A stretch of DNA of 64,000 bases, from contig CACLNZ010000003.1 in assembly GCA_902608415.1 (NCBI GenBank), forward strand, positions 4,949-68,948. Reading direction: 5' to 3'. The notes beneath the pieces are model-generated. The model searched no databases. It had not been told where the DNA came from and worked only from the letters and a program-made list of their open reading frames with translations. Position 1 is the first letter of the stretch; the number at the start of each line of letters is the position of its first letter. Positions 43,154 to 51,419 of the stretch are shown one piece after another. The stretch is from an uncultured PS1 clade bacterium (lineage in GTDB: Bacteria > Pseudomonadota > Alphaproteobacteria > MED-G09). The position numbers and the translations under genes are program-made.

Positions 43154-44425
43154 TTAACTAACAGATTTTTCTTTTTCTTCTTTGCTTTCACCATATATAT
43201 AGAGAGGTTTAGCTTCACCCTCAACGACCTCTCCAGAAATTGCCACTTCAGTTACACCTTTTGTGCTCGGTATCTCAAACATTGTATCTAGTAAGATAGA
43301 TTCAATTACAGACCTTAAACCACGAGCTCCAGTTGCATAAGACATTGTTTTTTTTGCAATAGAACTAAGAGCATCATCGGAAAATTTTAATTCAACATTT
43401 TCCATATCAAAAAGTTTTTTGTATTGTTTGATTAGGGCATTTTTTGGCTCGGTTAAAATTCTTACTAAAGATTCTTCATCCAAATCCTCTAAAGACGCCC
43501 AAACAGGAAGTCTTCCAACAAATTCAGGGATTAAACCAAATTTAAGTAAATCTTCAGGTTGAAGATCTTTAAGAATCTCTCCGGTTCTTCTAGTGTCTTT
43601 GTCTTTAACTTCAGCGCCAAAACCTAGTGACCTTTCTGTTCCTCTGTTACCAATTATTTTCTCTAATCCATCAAAGGCTCCGCCGCAAATGAATAAAATA
43701 TTTGTTGTATCAACCTGCAAAAATTCTTGCTGAGGGTGTTTTCTACCGCCTTGAGGAGGAACTGATGCTACAGTACCTTCCATAATTTTTAGAAGGGCCT
43801 GTTGAACCCCTTCTCCAGAAACATCTCTGGTTATTGAAGGATTATCAGATTTTCTTGTTATCTTATCCACTTCATCAATATAGACAATTCCTCTTTGAGC
43901 TCTCTCAACATTATAATCAGCAGCTTGTAAGAGTTTTAAAATTATATTCTCTACATCTTCGCCAACATAACCTGCCTCAGTTAATGTAGTTGCATCAGCC
44001 ATTGTAAATGGAACATCAAGTATTCTTGCTAATGTTTGCGCCAACAAAGTTTTACCGCAACCTGTAGGTCCAAGTAGCATTATGTTTGATTTCGCTAGCT
44101 CTACATCATCTTTAGAATTTTTATCATCAAGTCTTTTATAATGATTATGAACAGCAACAGATAAAACTCTTTTAGCAGTTTGCTGACCAATAACATAATC
44201 CTGAAGAACATCAAATATCTCTTGCGGTGCAGGTACTCCTTCTGAAGATTTTTTATCGTTTATTTTATTTTCTTCTTTAATAATATCCATACAGAGCTCA
44301 ACACATTCATCGCATATGAAAACTGTTGGTCCAGCAATTAGTTTTTTTACTTCATGCTGACTTTTCCCACAAAAACTGCAGTAAAGTGTGTTTTTTGAAT
44401 CTCCGCTGTCACTAATTTTACTCAT
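43154..44425 (-). CDS. clpX: ATP-dependent Clp protease ATP-binding subunit ClpX
   Basis: 423 aa with the zinc-binding N-terminus [26 protein letters not shown] and Walker A GPTGCGKT. Confidence 0.96.
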   Translation of the reverse strand: MSKISDSGDSKNTLYCSFCGKSQHEVKKLIAGPTVFICDECVELCMDIIKEENKINDKKSSEGVPAPQEIFDVLQDYVIGQQTAKRVLSVAVHNHYKRLDDKNSKDDVELAKSNIMLLGPTGCGKTLLAQTLARILDVPFTMADATTLTEAGYVGEDVENIILKLLQAADYNVERAQRGIVYIDEVDKITRKSDNPSITRDVSGEGVQQALLKIMEGTVASVPPQGGRKHPQQEFLQVDTTNILFICGGAFDGLEKIIGNRGTERSLGFGAEVKDKDTRRTGEILKDLQPEDLLKFGLIPEFVGRLPVWASLEDLDEESLVRILTEPKNALIKQYKKLFDMENVELKFSDDALSSIAKKTMSYATGARGLRSVIESILLDTMFEIPSTKGVTEVAISGEVVEGEAKPLYIYGESKEEKEKSVS

Positions 44426-44442
44426 AATGATTTTCTAAAGAA

Positions 44443-45063
44443 TTATTTCTCTTCAGTATCCCTATTTTGAACAACTTTATCAATTAAGCCGAATTTTTTA
44501 GCATCATCTGAAGTCATAAAAGTATCTCTATCTAATGCTGATTCAATAGTTTTTAAATCTTTTCCAGTATGATTAACATAAATCTCATTTAATCTACTTC
44601 GTAATGATATTATTTCTTTTGCATGTCTTTCAATATCTGATGCTTGGCCTTGAAAACCTCCTGATGGTTGATGAACCATAATTCTTGAATTTGGTAGAGC
44701 AAATCTTTTATTTTTTTCGCCGGCAGCTAAAAGTAAGCTACCCATAGAAGCTGCCTGGCCTATACAAAGAGTTGATACTTCTGGTTTAATGTATTGCATT
44801 GTATCATAGATAGCTAAACCAGATGAAACAACTCCACCAGGTGAATTAATGTACATTGAGATTTCTTTTTTTGGATTTTCAGCTTCTAAATACAAAAGTT
44901 GCGCAGTGATTACACTAGCCATATAATCTTCAATAGGCCCTGTAACAAAAACTATTCTCTCTTTAAGAAGTCGGGAATAGATGTCATAAGCCCTTTCACC
45001 TCTATTTGATTGCTCAACAACCATAGGTATCAAATTGCTTTGCGGTGTAAATTTATTTTCCAT
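44443..45063 (-). CDS. clpP: ATP-dependent Clp protease proteolytic subunit
   Basis: 206 aa with [23 protein letters not shown], active-site GQAASMG and MVHQP. ATG at 45063 has no recognisable SD. An internal Met14 (PMVVEQ) is an alternative start. Confidence 0.94.
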   Translation of the reverse strand: MENKFTPQSNLIPMVVEQSNRGERAYDIYSRLLKERIVFVTGPIEDYMASVITAQLLYLEAENPKKEISMYINSPGGVVSSGLAIYDTMQYIKPEVSTLCIGQAASMGSLLLAAGEKNKRFALPNSRIMVHQPSGGFQGQASDIERHAKEIISLRSRLNEIYVNHTGKDLKTIESALDRDTFMTSDDAKKFGLIDKVVQNRDTEEK

Positions 45064-45069
45064 AGGGAT

Positions 45070-45100
45070 ATATATGGGTTAATTCTTCAATTATGCCAAG
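45070..45100 (-). promoter_or_regulatory. sigma-32 (heat-shock)-like promoter immediately upstream of clpP
   Basis: Minus strand reads CTTGGC (45100-45095), a 15-16-nt spacer, then ACCCATATAT (45079-45070). The E. coli-type RpoH consensus is CTTGAA-N13-17-CCCCATNT. The -10 element ends only 6-8 nt before the ATG at 45063. Confidence 0.35.
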
Positions 45101-45171
45101 AAATTATTAAATAATTAATTGATTGATTGTATATTTAGTTAATAAATACAATAATTTATACTATTAATAAA

Positions 45172-46575
45172 TTATTTTTTTTTCTTAACTGTTTTTCTTT
45201 TTTTTGTTTTAGTAGTAATTTCTTTTGATTTTTCTTCAGCATTTTCTGCACCAAATAGATCTTTTCTTGAAACTTTTTTATCTTTTAAAGTTACCTTTTC
45301 TAATACAAAATCAACAACTTTATCTTCATATATGGGAGCAGTAATATTCCTAATTGCATCAGGATTTTTCTTGTAAAAATCTATAATTTGTTGTTCTTGG
45401 CCAGGATATTTCTGTACTTCTGTTTGTAGAGCAAGATTATAATCATTATCGTCTAGATCGATATTATTTATTCTGCCAATCTCAGCAATTAATAAACCTA
45501 TAGAAATTCTTTTTTCTGATACTTCTTTGTAATTCTTTTTTAGCTCTTTTTCTTTTACCTCCAAATCATCCAAAGTTTTCTTTTGTTGTTCCAGCTGACT
45601 TTCAAGTTGGCTCCACATTTGATTAAACTCTTGATCGACAAGAACCTCTGGTAAATCAAATTTGTGATTTTTTTCCAATTCATTAAAAAGGCTATCTTTT
45701 AATTTCATCTTTGCAGCTTGATCAAAATCTTTCTTTATTTGTTCTTCTAGAACACCTTTAAGGTCTTTGAGTGAATCTTTTCCAAATTTTTTAGCTAGTT
45801 CATCATTTATCTTGGAGTCTACTGGATTAAGAATTTCAATTATTTCTACATTAAATTCAGCATTCTTTCCTTCAAGCTCTTTATTTGGATATTCATCAGG
45901 AAACTTAACTTTAACAACCTTAGAGGTTTCAGCTTTTTCTCCTACTAGTTGATCTTCAAAAGTATCAATAAAAGTTTTAGAGCCAAGTATTAATTCTGCT
46001 TTTTCTGCTGAACCTCCATCAAAATTTACACCATCAATTGAACCTGAATAATCTAATACTATTTTATCGCCATCTTTTGATTTAGATCCTTTTTTTGCGG
46101 ATTTATAATCTTTGTTTTGTGTAGCTAAATATTCAAGAGCTTCGTCAATATCTTCTTTTTTAGGACTAGCCAAAGGTTTATCTAGCTTTATTTTTTTGAA
46201 ATCAATAAACTCTATATCAGGCAATGCTTCAAAACTCATAGAAAAAGTAATATCACTTTGATCATTTATAGATTCTTCCATTTCACCAATTAATTTTATT
46301 TCTGGATTAACTGCTGGCCTTAAATCTTTTTTCTCAAGAATCTTTTTAGAGCTTTCAGAAACTTTTTCTTCAATAACCTCAACAATTGTTTCTTTACCAT
46401 ATAATTTTTCAACATGGCTCATTGGAACTTTTCCAGGCCTAAACCCTGCAATTTTTACTTTTTCACTTATATCTTTTAATTTTTTTTGTTTTAAATCATC
46501 TAAATCTGAAAAAGGTATTTCAACCAAAAATTCCTTTTTCAAGCCTTTTAATTTTTTTTCTTCTAAAATTTTCAT
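45172..46575 (-). CDS. tig: trigger factor with a lysine-rich C-terminal tail
   Basis: The ORF-track version (to 46632) runs through tRNA-Leu. The ATG at 46575 gives MKILEEKKLKGLKKEFLVEIP, a typical trigger factor N-terminus with GFRPGKVP following (467 aa). Confidence 0.93.
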   Translation of the reverse strand: MKILEEKKLKGLKKEFLVEIPFSDLDDLKQKKLKDISEKVKIAGFRPGKVPMSHVEKLYGKETIVEVIEEKVSESSKKILEKKDLRPAVNPEIKLIGEMEESINDQSDITFSMSFEALPDIEFIDFKKIKLDKPLASPKKEDIDEALEYLATQNKDYKSAKKGSKSKDGDKIVLDYSGSIDGVNFDGGSAEKAELILGSKTFIDTFEDQLVGEKAETSKVVKVKFPDEYPNKELEGKNAEFNVEIIEILNPVDSKINDELAKKFGKDSLKDLKGVLEEQIKKDFDQAAKMKLKDSLFNELEKNHKFDLPEVLVDQEFNQMWSQLESQLEQQKKTLDDLEVKEKELKKNYKEVSEKRISIGLLIAEIGRINNIDLDDNDYNLALQTEVQKYPGQEQQIIDFYKKNPDAIRNITAPIYEDKVVDFVLEKVTLKDKKVSRKDLFGAENAEEKSKEITTKTKKRKTVKKKK

Positions 46576-46592
46576 TACTTTCTCTTTTTTAA

Positions 46593-46675
46593 TGGTGCGG
46601 GCGGAGGGAGTCGAACCCCCACGCCGAAGCACAGGTACCTAAAACCTGCGTGTCTACCAATTCCACCACGCCCGC
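46593..46675 (-). tRNA. tRNA-Leu (anticodon TAG), type II with long variable arm, CCA encoded
   Basis: Reverse complement is GCGGGCGTGGTGGAATTGGTAGACACGCAGGTTTTAGGTACCTGTGCTTCGGCGTGGGGGTTCGACTCCCTCCGCCCGCACCA. It has acceptor GCGGGCG/CGCCCGC, anticodon stem CAGGT/ACCTG with loop TTTAGGT, a variable hairpin GC-TTCG-GC and T-loop TTCGACT. 83 nt. Confidence 0.92.
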
Positions 46676-46731
46676 ATTTTTACAGTGTAATAACAGCAGA
46701 TAGAACATTTATCTAGCTTAAAATAAAATAA

Positions 46732-47223
46732 TTAGAGCTTTAGTTCATAAATATGTACGCTCCAATATTTTTTAAACTTATAACCAACATTTTTTAGTGT
46801 ACCTACTTTAGTAAAATTAAGAGTTTTATGTAAATTTATTGATGATTTATTGGGATAAGTTATTAAGGCATATAGATTTTTAATATTTGTAGACTTTAAT
46901 CTTGCTATAAGCTCTAACATTAATTTTTTTCCAAATCCTCTACCCTTGTATTCATCGGTTATATATACGCTAGTTTCTAACGATTGATTATAGGCTTCTT
47001 TTTCTCGAAACTTTGTTGAACAAACAAACCCAACTAGTTCTTTATTTTCATAACCAACTAAACAAATTGATGTTTCAGAATTTTTAAACTGATTAAACCA
47101 TTCTTTTTTTTCTGCTATTGTTCTTTTACTTATATCAAAGGTATAAGCTGTATTAGAGATATAATAATTATAAATATCATTAATCCCATTTAAATCTTTC
47201 TTTTTTGCTAAACTAATCTTCAC
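46732..47223 (-). CDS. GNAT family N-acetyltransferase (phosphinothricin/methionine-sulfoximine acetyltransferase-like)
   Basis: 163 aa with the acetyl-CoA motif GRGFGKKL, and length and N-terminus like PAT-family GNATs. The start read from the sequence is GTG at 47223, overlapping the nnr stop by 11 nt. Confidence 0.75.
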   Translation of the reverse strand: MKISLAKKKDLNGINDIYNYYISNTAYTFDISKRTIAEKKEWFNQFKNSETSICLVGYENKELVGFVCSTKFREKEAYNQSLETSVYITDEYKGRGFGKKLMLELIARLKSTNIKNLYALITYPNKSSINLHKTLNFTKVGTLKNVGYKFKKYWSVHIYELKL

Positions 47224-48736
47224 TTTGATATATTCTTCTCAATTGCTTTGATATTGCTTTAGATAAAAATTTATTCATATCCTCAGCTATCAAGCCAGGT
47301 CCTGCCTGAATACCAATTTCACTATGAAGCCAAGATGCAGCACCTGCTGCAAAATGACTTTTCATTCCCTGCGCAAGAAAACTTCCACATATACCAGCTA
47401 ATACATCGCCAGAACCTGCAGTTGATAAGAATGGGGAAGATTCTTTCGAAAGAAAAGTTATTTTTTTTGGCGATGAAATAACGGTATCATTACCCTTAAA
47501 TAAAATTGTCGAATTTGTAATATCTGCAGCCTTATTTGTTTTATCAATTTTATTCATATTGCCAAGCTTAAACAATCTATTAAATTCTCCTTCATGAGGA
47601 GTTAGAATTATATTATTTCTTTTTCTTCTTTTTCTCAGCAAGTCAAACAATTCATCTGGATTCTTTTCAAAAGAAGTTAGGCCATCAGCATCCAAAACAA
47701 ATGCTATCTCCGCCTTAATTGCTCTTATAACTAACCCTTTGACCATTTTATTGACCCCGCTTCCTGGTCCAATAATCAAAGTTTTGATTTTTTTTTCTTT
47801 TACGAAGTTAAAAAATTCTTCTGTACTGTTTATTTCTTTTAACATTACTGAAGTAAGGTGAGAGGCATTAACTACTAAAGCATTAGTCTCAGATGCAAGA
47901 GTTACTGCACCTGCACCTGCTCGTAAAGCTGTAACCGCAGCTAAACGTGATGCGCCTGTAGATGTTAATGGTCCAGACTTAACAAGAATATGGCCCCTTT
48001 TATATTTGTGATCAATCATTGATGGCCATTTAAAGTCTTTTATCCATGATTCAGGAGTGTTTAATTTTACTTTAGATAATCTTTTAACCTTTGAAATTTC
48101 TGATTTTTTTTCACCAATTGAAACAACATGAATATTACCTGAATTTATTTTTCCAGGTAGTAAATAATGACCAACCTTAGGTGCAACAAAAGTTATTGTA
48201 TGATTAGCTTTAATAGAAATTGGCATTAAATCACCTGAGTCAGAGTTAATTCCGCTCGCGATATCAATAGAAACTTTACAAGCTTTTGTTTTATTAATTT
48301 TTTCTATGATCTTTATGAAGTTATTTGAAAAATTCCTGCTAAGGCCTATACCAAAAATACTATCTATAATCATAGAATATTTATTTAAATCTAAATCATT
48401 AAGTTTTTGAGCAGAAATATCTAAATTTTTTAATTTCTCAATTGTGTGCTTATTAATTTTACTTTTATTTAAAATAGGAAAACTAATATCAACCTTGTAT
48501 CGGCTTTTAAGAAGATATTTTGCTATCACAAGACCGTCTCCTCCATTGTTTCCAGGGCCGCACAAAATTAAAATTTTCTTATTAAACTCTTTTAGAGAAG
48601 GAATAATTTTTTTTTCTATCTTTATAAAAGCTGATTTACCAGCATTTTCTATTAAATCTGAAAATTTAATACCTCTTCTAACACATAACCTATCTAACTC
48701 ATAAGAAGATTCTGATGTAAATATAGTGTTAAGCAT
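47213..48736 (-). CDS. nnr: bifunctional NAD(P)H-hydrate repair enzyme (epimerase + ADP-dependent dehydratase)
   Basis: 507 aa with an N-terminal YjeF_N domain (CGPGNNGGDGLV) and a C-terminal carbohydrate-kinase-like domain (GSGDVLAG). Confidence 0.88.
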   Translation of the reverse strand: MLNTIFTSESSYELDRLCVRRGIKFSDLIENAGKSAFIKIEKKIIPSLKEFNKKILILCGPGNNGGDGLVIAKYLLKSRYKVDISFPILNKSKINKHTIEKLKNLDISAQKLNDLDLNKYSMIIDSIFGIGLSRNFSNNFIKIIEKINKTKACKVSIDIASGINSDSGDLMPISIKANHTITFVAPKVGHYLLPGKINSGNIHVVSIGEKKSEISKVKRLSKVKLNTPESWIKDFKWPSMIDHKYKRGHILVKSGPLTSTGASRLAAVTALRAGAGAVTLASETNALVVNASHLTSVMLKEINSTEEFFNFVKEKKIKTLIIGPGSGVNKMVKGLVIRAIKAEIAFVLDADGLTSFEKNPDELFDLLRKRRKRNNIILTPHEGEFNRLFKLGNMNKIDKTNKAADITNSTILFKGNDTVISSPKKITFLSKESSPFLSTAGSGDVLAGICGSFLAQGMKSHFAAGAASWLHSEIGIQAGPGLIAEDMNKFLSKAISKQLRRIYQSED

Positions 48737-49326
48737 TAATTAACCTTGCTTTCTAAACTCTTTCCTATTTTCACTATTTTTAATTTATCTTTTATTTTAC
48801 TTATCTCAGTAATAGAACAATTTGAGGGATGAAAATTAACAATCTTATCAGATTTAAGTATTTCTCCTATAACAGTATTAATTACTACAAAGTGTGTAAA
48901 TATAATCGTGTGTTTTTTTAAGGAATAAATATTGCTCATAATGTTTTCTTTCCATTGAGTAAAATTTACTCCAGAATCTATGGTTTCTTTATCTCTTAAT
49001 AACTCAGGCCAAGTTAAAGGTAACATCCTTCGTAACCAATTAACTCTTTTTTCTAAATCAAGAGTTGGAGATGGAAGCTCCCTAAAATTATCATTAATCA
49101 ATATTTCTAAATATTTTTTTTCAAGGGCCAGAGAAGCAGTTTCTTTACATCTATTTAAAGGACTTGATATAGCATTAGTATTATTTATTGAGCTTTCATC
49201 AATAACAGAATCCATAAAGGTTATCAAAGATTGTGCTTGTGATTTTCCTAACTCACTTAAAGGTGGGTCTTGCGAAGTCCACCCTTCAGTAGCTTCTCCA
49301 TGTCTAACAAGATATATTTTAATCAT
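48736..49326 (-). CDS. histidine phosphatase (phosphoglycerate mutase-like) family protein
   Basis: 196 aa with the N-terminal catalytic motif LVRHGEA and a later FTHFVVIN (second His). Specific substrate not inferable. 1-nt TAATG junction with nnr. Confidence 0.75.
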   Translation of the reverse strand: MIKIYLVRHGEATEGWTSQDPPLSELGKSQAQSLITFMDSVIDESSINNTNAISSPLNRCKETASLALEKKYLEILINDNFRELPSPTLDLEKRVNWLRRMLPLTWPELLRDKETIDSGVNFTQWKENIMSNIYSLKKHTIIFTHFVVINTVIGEILKSDKIVNFHPSNCSITEISKIKDKLKIVKIGKSLESKVN

Positions 49327-49328
49327 TT

Positions 49329-50861
49329 CTATATTGAAAAAATATTAAGACCTTCAGAGTTTCTTGAAACAACACAATTTCTATTTAAGCATTCTTCCGT
49401 CATCATAATTTCAAGATTTTTTTCATCATTTGAAATAGCTATAAATCTTTTATTGTTTGCATCTAATCGTCCTATCACTATTCCCATTTGTGGGCCATCT
49501 CTTCCATTTGCGACTGTGTATGTTTCTATTTTTGCGCTTCCGCTCGGATCTTCATCAACATCCGGTCTATCCAGATCATCAATTGTTTTTTGATAATTTT
49601 TTGGGTCTTCTCTTTGCCAATCGCCTTCAAAAGGAATGTTTGAATAAAGTCCGATACCATGCTTTGTGGCATACCAACCATTTGATGTGCATAAACCTTT
49701 GCTATTATTGTTTTCTCTCAATTTTTCCATCATTGTAGCTATGGAATGTGTAACATAGTTATTTCCTGCACCTCCAAAAAATGGCAATCCCCCAGTAACA
49801 GTTAGTGGATTAGATGTATTTTCAGAAATATCTAATGCTTCTCGTCCTAATTCAACCATGCTAGGAAAACAAGAATATAAATCAAAAAAGTCTATTTCAT
49901 CGATATTCCATTTTGCCATAGATAATGCTTTTTCTCCCATAAGCCTTATCGCCTTAGATGAATGAAGCTCAGGTCTCTCAGTTACATTCCAAACCTCATT
50001 TATATCTCCACATCCATGAAGGTAAATTCTTTTGGATTTTGGAACAGAATACTCATTTGCTTTTCTTTCACTCATAATTATTATTGAAGCACTTTGATCA
50101 ACTTCCATTATGGCGTTCATATATTTAGTATAAGGAAAACCAATAAATCTGTTTTTTTCATTTGGCGTCGATATCTCTTCAGCGCTGCGATAAGTCGGAA
50201 ACCAAGCATTTGCATTTTGACTCGCAACTTTAGTAAAAGGCTCAAACATTTTTCCTAAGTATTCTAAGTGCGTATCTACAGAATGGTTTTTCTTACCTCT
50301 GATAGCATTTTCAAAAAGCGGGTAAACATTAATTGGAAATATTATTCCATGTTTTCTTTCATTTTCAGTTCCACCAGGCTTTTCAAATCCAAGGTCTATC
50401 CTTTCTCCAACAGGATCGTCACCCCAACCTGTTTTAATACCTAATTTAGATGCTTTTCGCATAGATGAGAAACATTCAGCACCTGAAAGAAGGGCTACCT
50501 CAGTTTCACCATTAGTTATCTTTTCGGCTAAAATATTTATTAAATATTGGGGTGTATTTCCTCCAGTTGGTCCACAATATGTTTTTGCACCAGAAATTCC
50601 TAAAGAATTGGCAAGTGATTGAGGTGGGTTAGAGTATATGCTAAAAGGTGGTCTTTTTCCTCCAGCTGAGTCAAATATAAACCTTACTGTTGTCACAGTA
50701 TCAATTTTATTCTCCAAATTATCTACAGTACTGTCATTAAATGCCAGTAAAGAAGACTCTTTCATTAGATCAATAAGGTTTTTAGATTCCTTTGGGTTAT
50801 CAATTTTTTGCGTTATCTGACCACAACCAACTAGAACGGGTGTGTTATCTTTAATAGCCAT
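49329..50861 (-). CDS. thiolase-like protein with extra C-terminal domain (TLP1-like; probably not a canonical acetyl-CoA acetyltransferase)
   Basis: 510 aa, with a thiolase-fold-like N-terminal region of about 390 aa (VLVGCGQ..., ...ALLSGAE..., DLYSCFPSM, TVTGGLPFFGGAG). I cannot find the GHP-x-GA-[ST]-G histidine loop or the C-x-G-x-G catalytic cysteine loop. A further beta-rich tail of about 110 aa follows. Confidence 0.6.
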   Translation of the reverse strand: MAIKDNTPVLVGCGQITQKIDNPKESKNLIDLMKESSLLAFNDSTVDNLENKIDTVTTVRFIFDSAGGKRPPFSIYSNPPQSLANSLGISGAKTYCGPTGGNTPQYLINILAEKITNGETEVALLSGAECFSSMRKASKLGIKTGWGDDPVGERIDLGFEKPGGTENERKHGIIFPINVYPLFENAIRGKKNHSVDTHLEYLGKMFEPFTKVASQNANAWFPTYRSAEEISTPNEKNRFIGFPYTKYMNAIMEVDQSASIIIMSERKANEYSVPKSKRIYLHGCGDINEVWNVTERPELHSSKAIRLMGEKALSMAKWNIDEIDFFDLYSCFPSMVELGREALDISENTSNPLTVTGGLPFFGGAGNNYVTHSIATMMEKLRENNNSKGLCTSNGWYATKHGIGLYSNIPFEGDWQREDPKNYQKTIDDLDRPDVDEDPSGSAKIETYTVANGRDGPQMGIVIGRLDANNKRFIAISNDEKNLEIMMTEECLNRNCVVSRNSEGLNIFSI

Positions 50862-51003
50862 AAGATCTCCTTTATAATTTTAAGAAATAAGAAAGATCAT
50901 ACCAAACAAACCATTTTTTCCTATTAAATTATTATTAAATAGTTACACATTATTGACTTACACATATTACATATCATGAAATAGGCCCGAGCTAATATTA
51001 ATT

Positions 51004-51019
51004 TGGCATAAATTTTGCT
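51004..51019 (+). promoter_or_regulatory. sigma-54 (-24/-12) type promoter upstream of glnB-glnII
   Basis: TGGCAT (51004-51009), 5 nt, then TTGCT (51015-51019). GG and GC are spaced exactly as in the TGGCAC-N5-TTGCW consensus. The predicted TSS near 51030 leaves a 20-nt leader carrying the GGAG SD (51040-51043) before the ATG at 51050. Confidence 0.5.
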
Positions 51020-51028
51020 TATGTATAG

Positions 51029-51388
<360 letters not shown>

Positions 51389-51419
51389 TTTCAATTTTTT
51401 TTTTATAACGGAGAACAGC

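Noticed and set aside
46576-46632. N-terminal 19 codons of the ORF-track trigger factor (MLRRGGSTPSARTIKKEKV...)
   Set aside because: This stretch is the reverse-strand reading of tRNA-Leu (46593-46675). The genuine tig start is the ATG at 46575.
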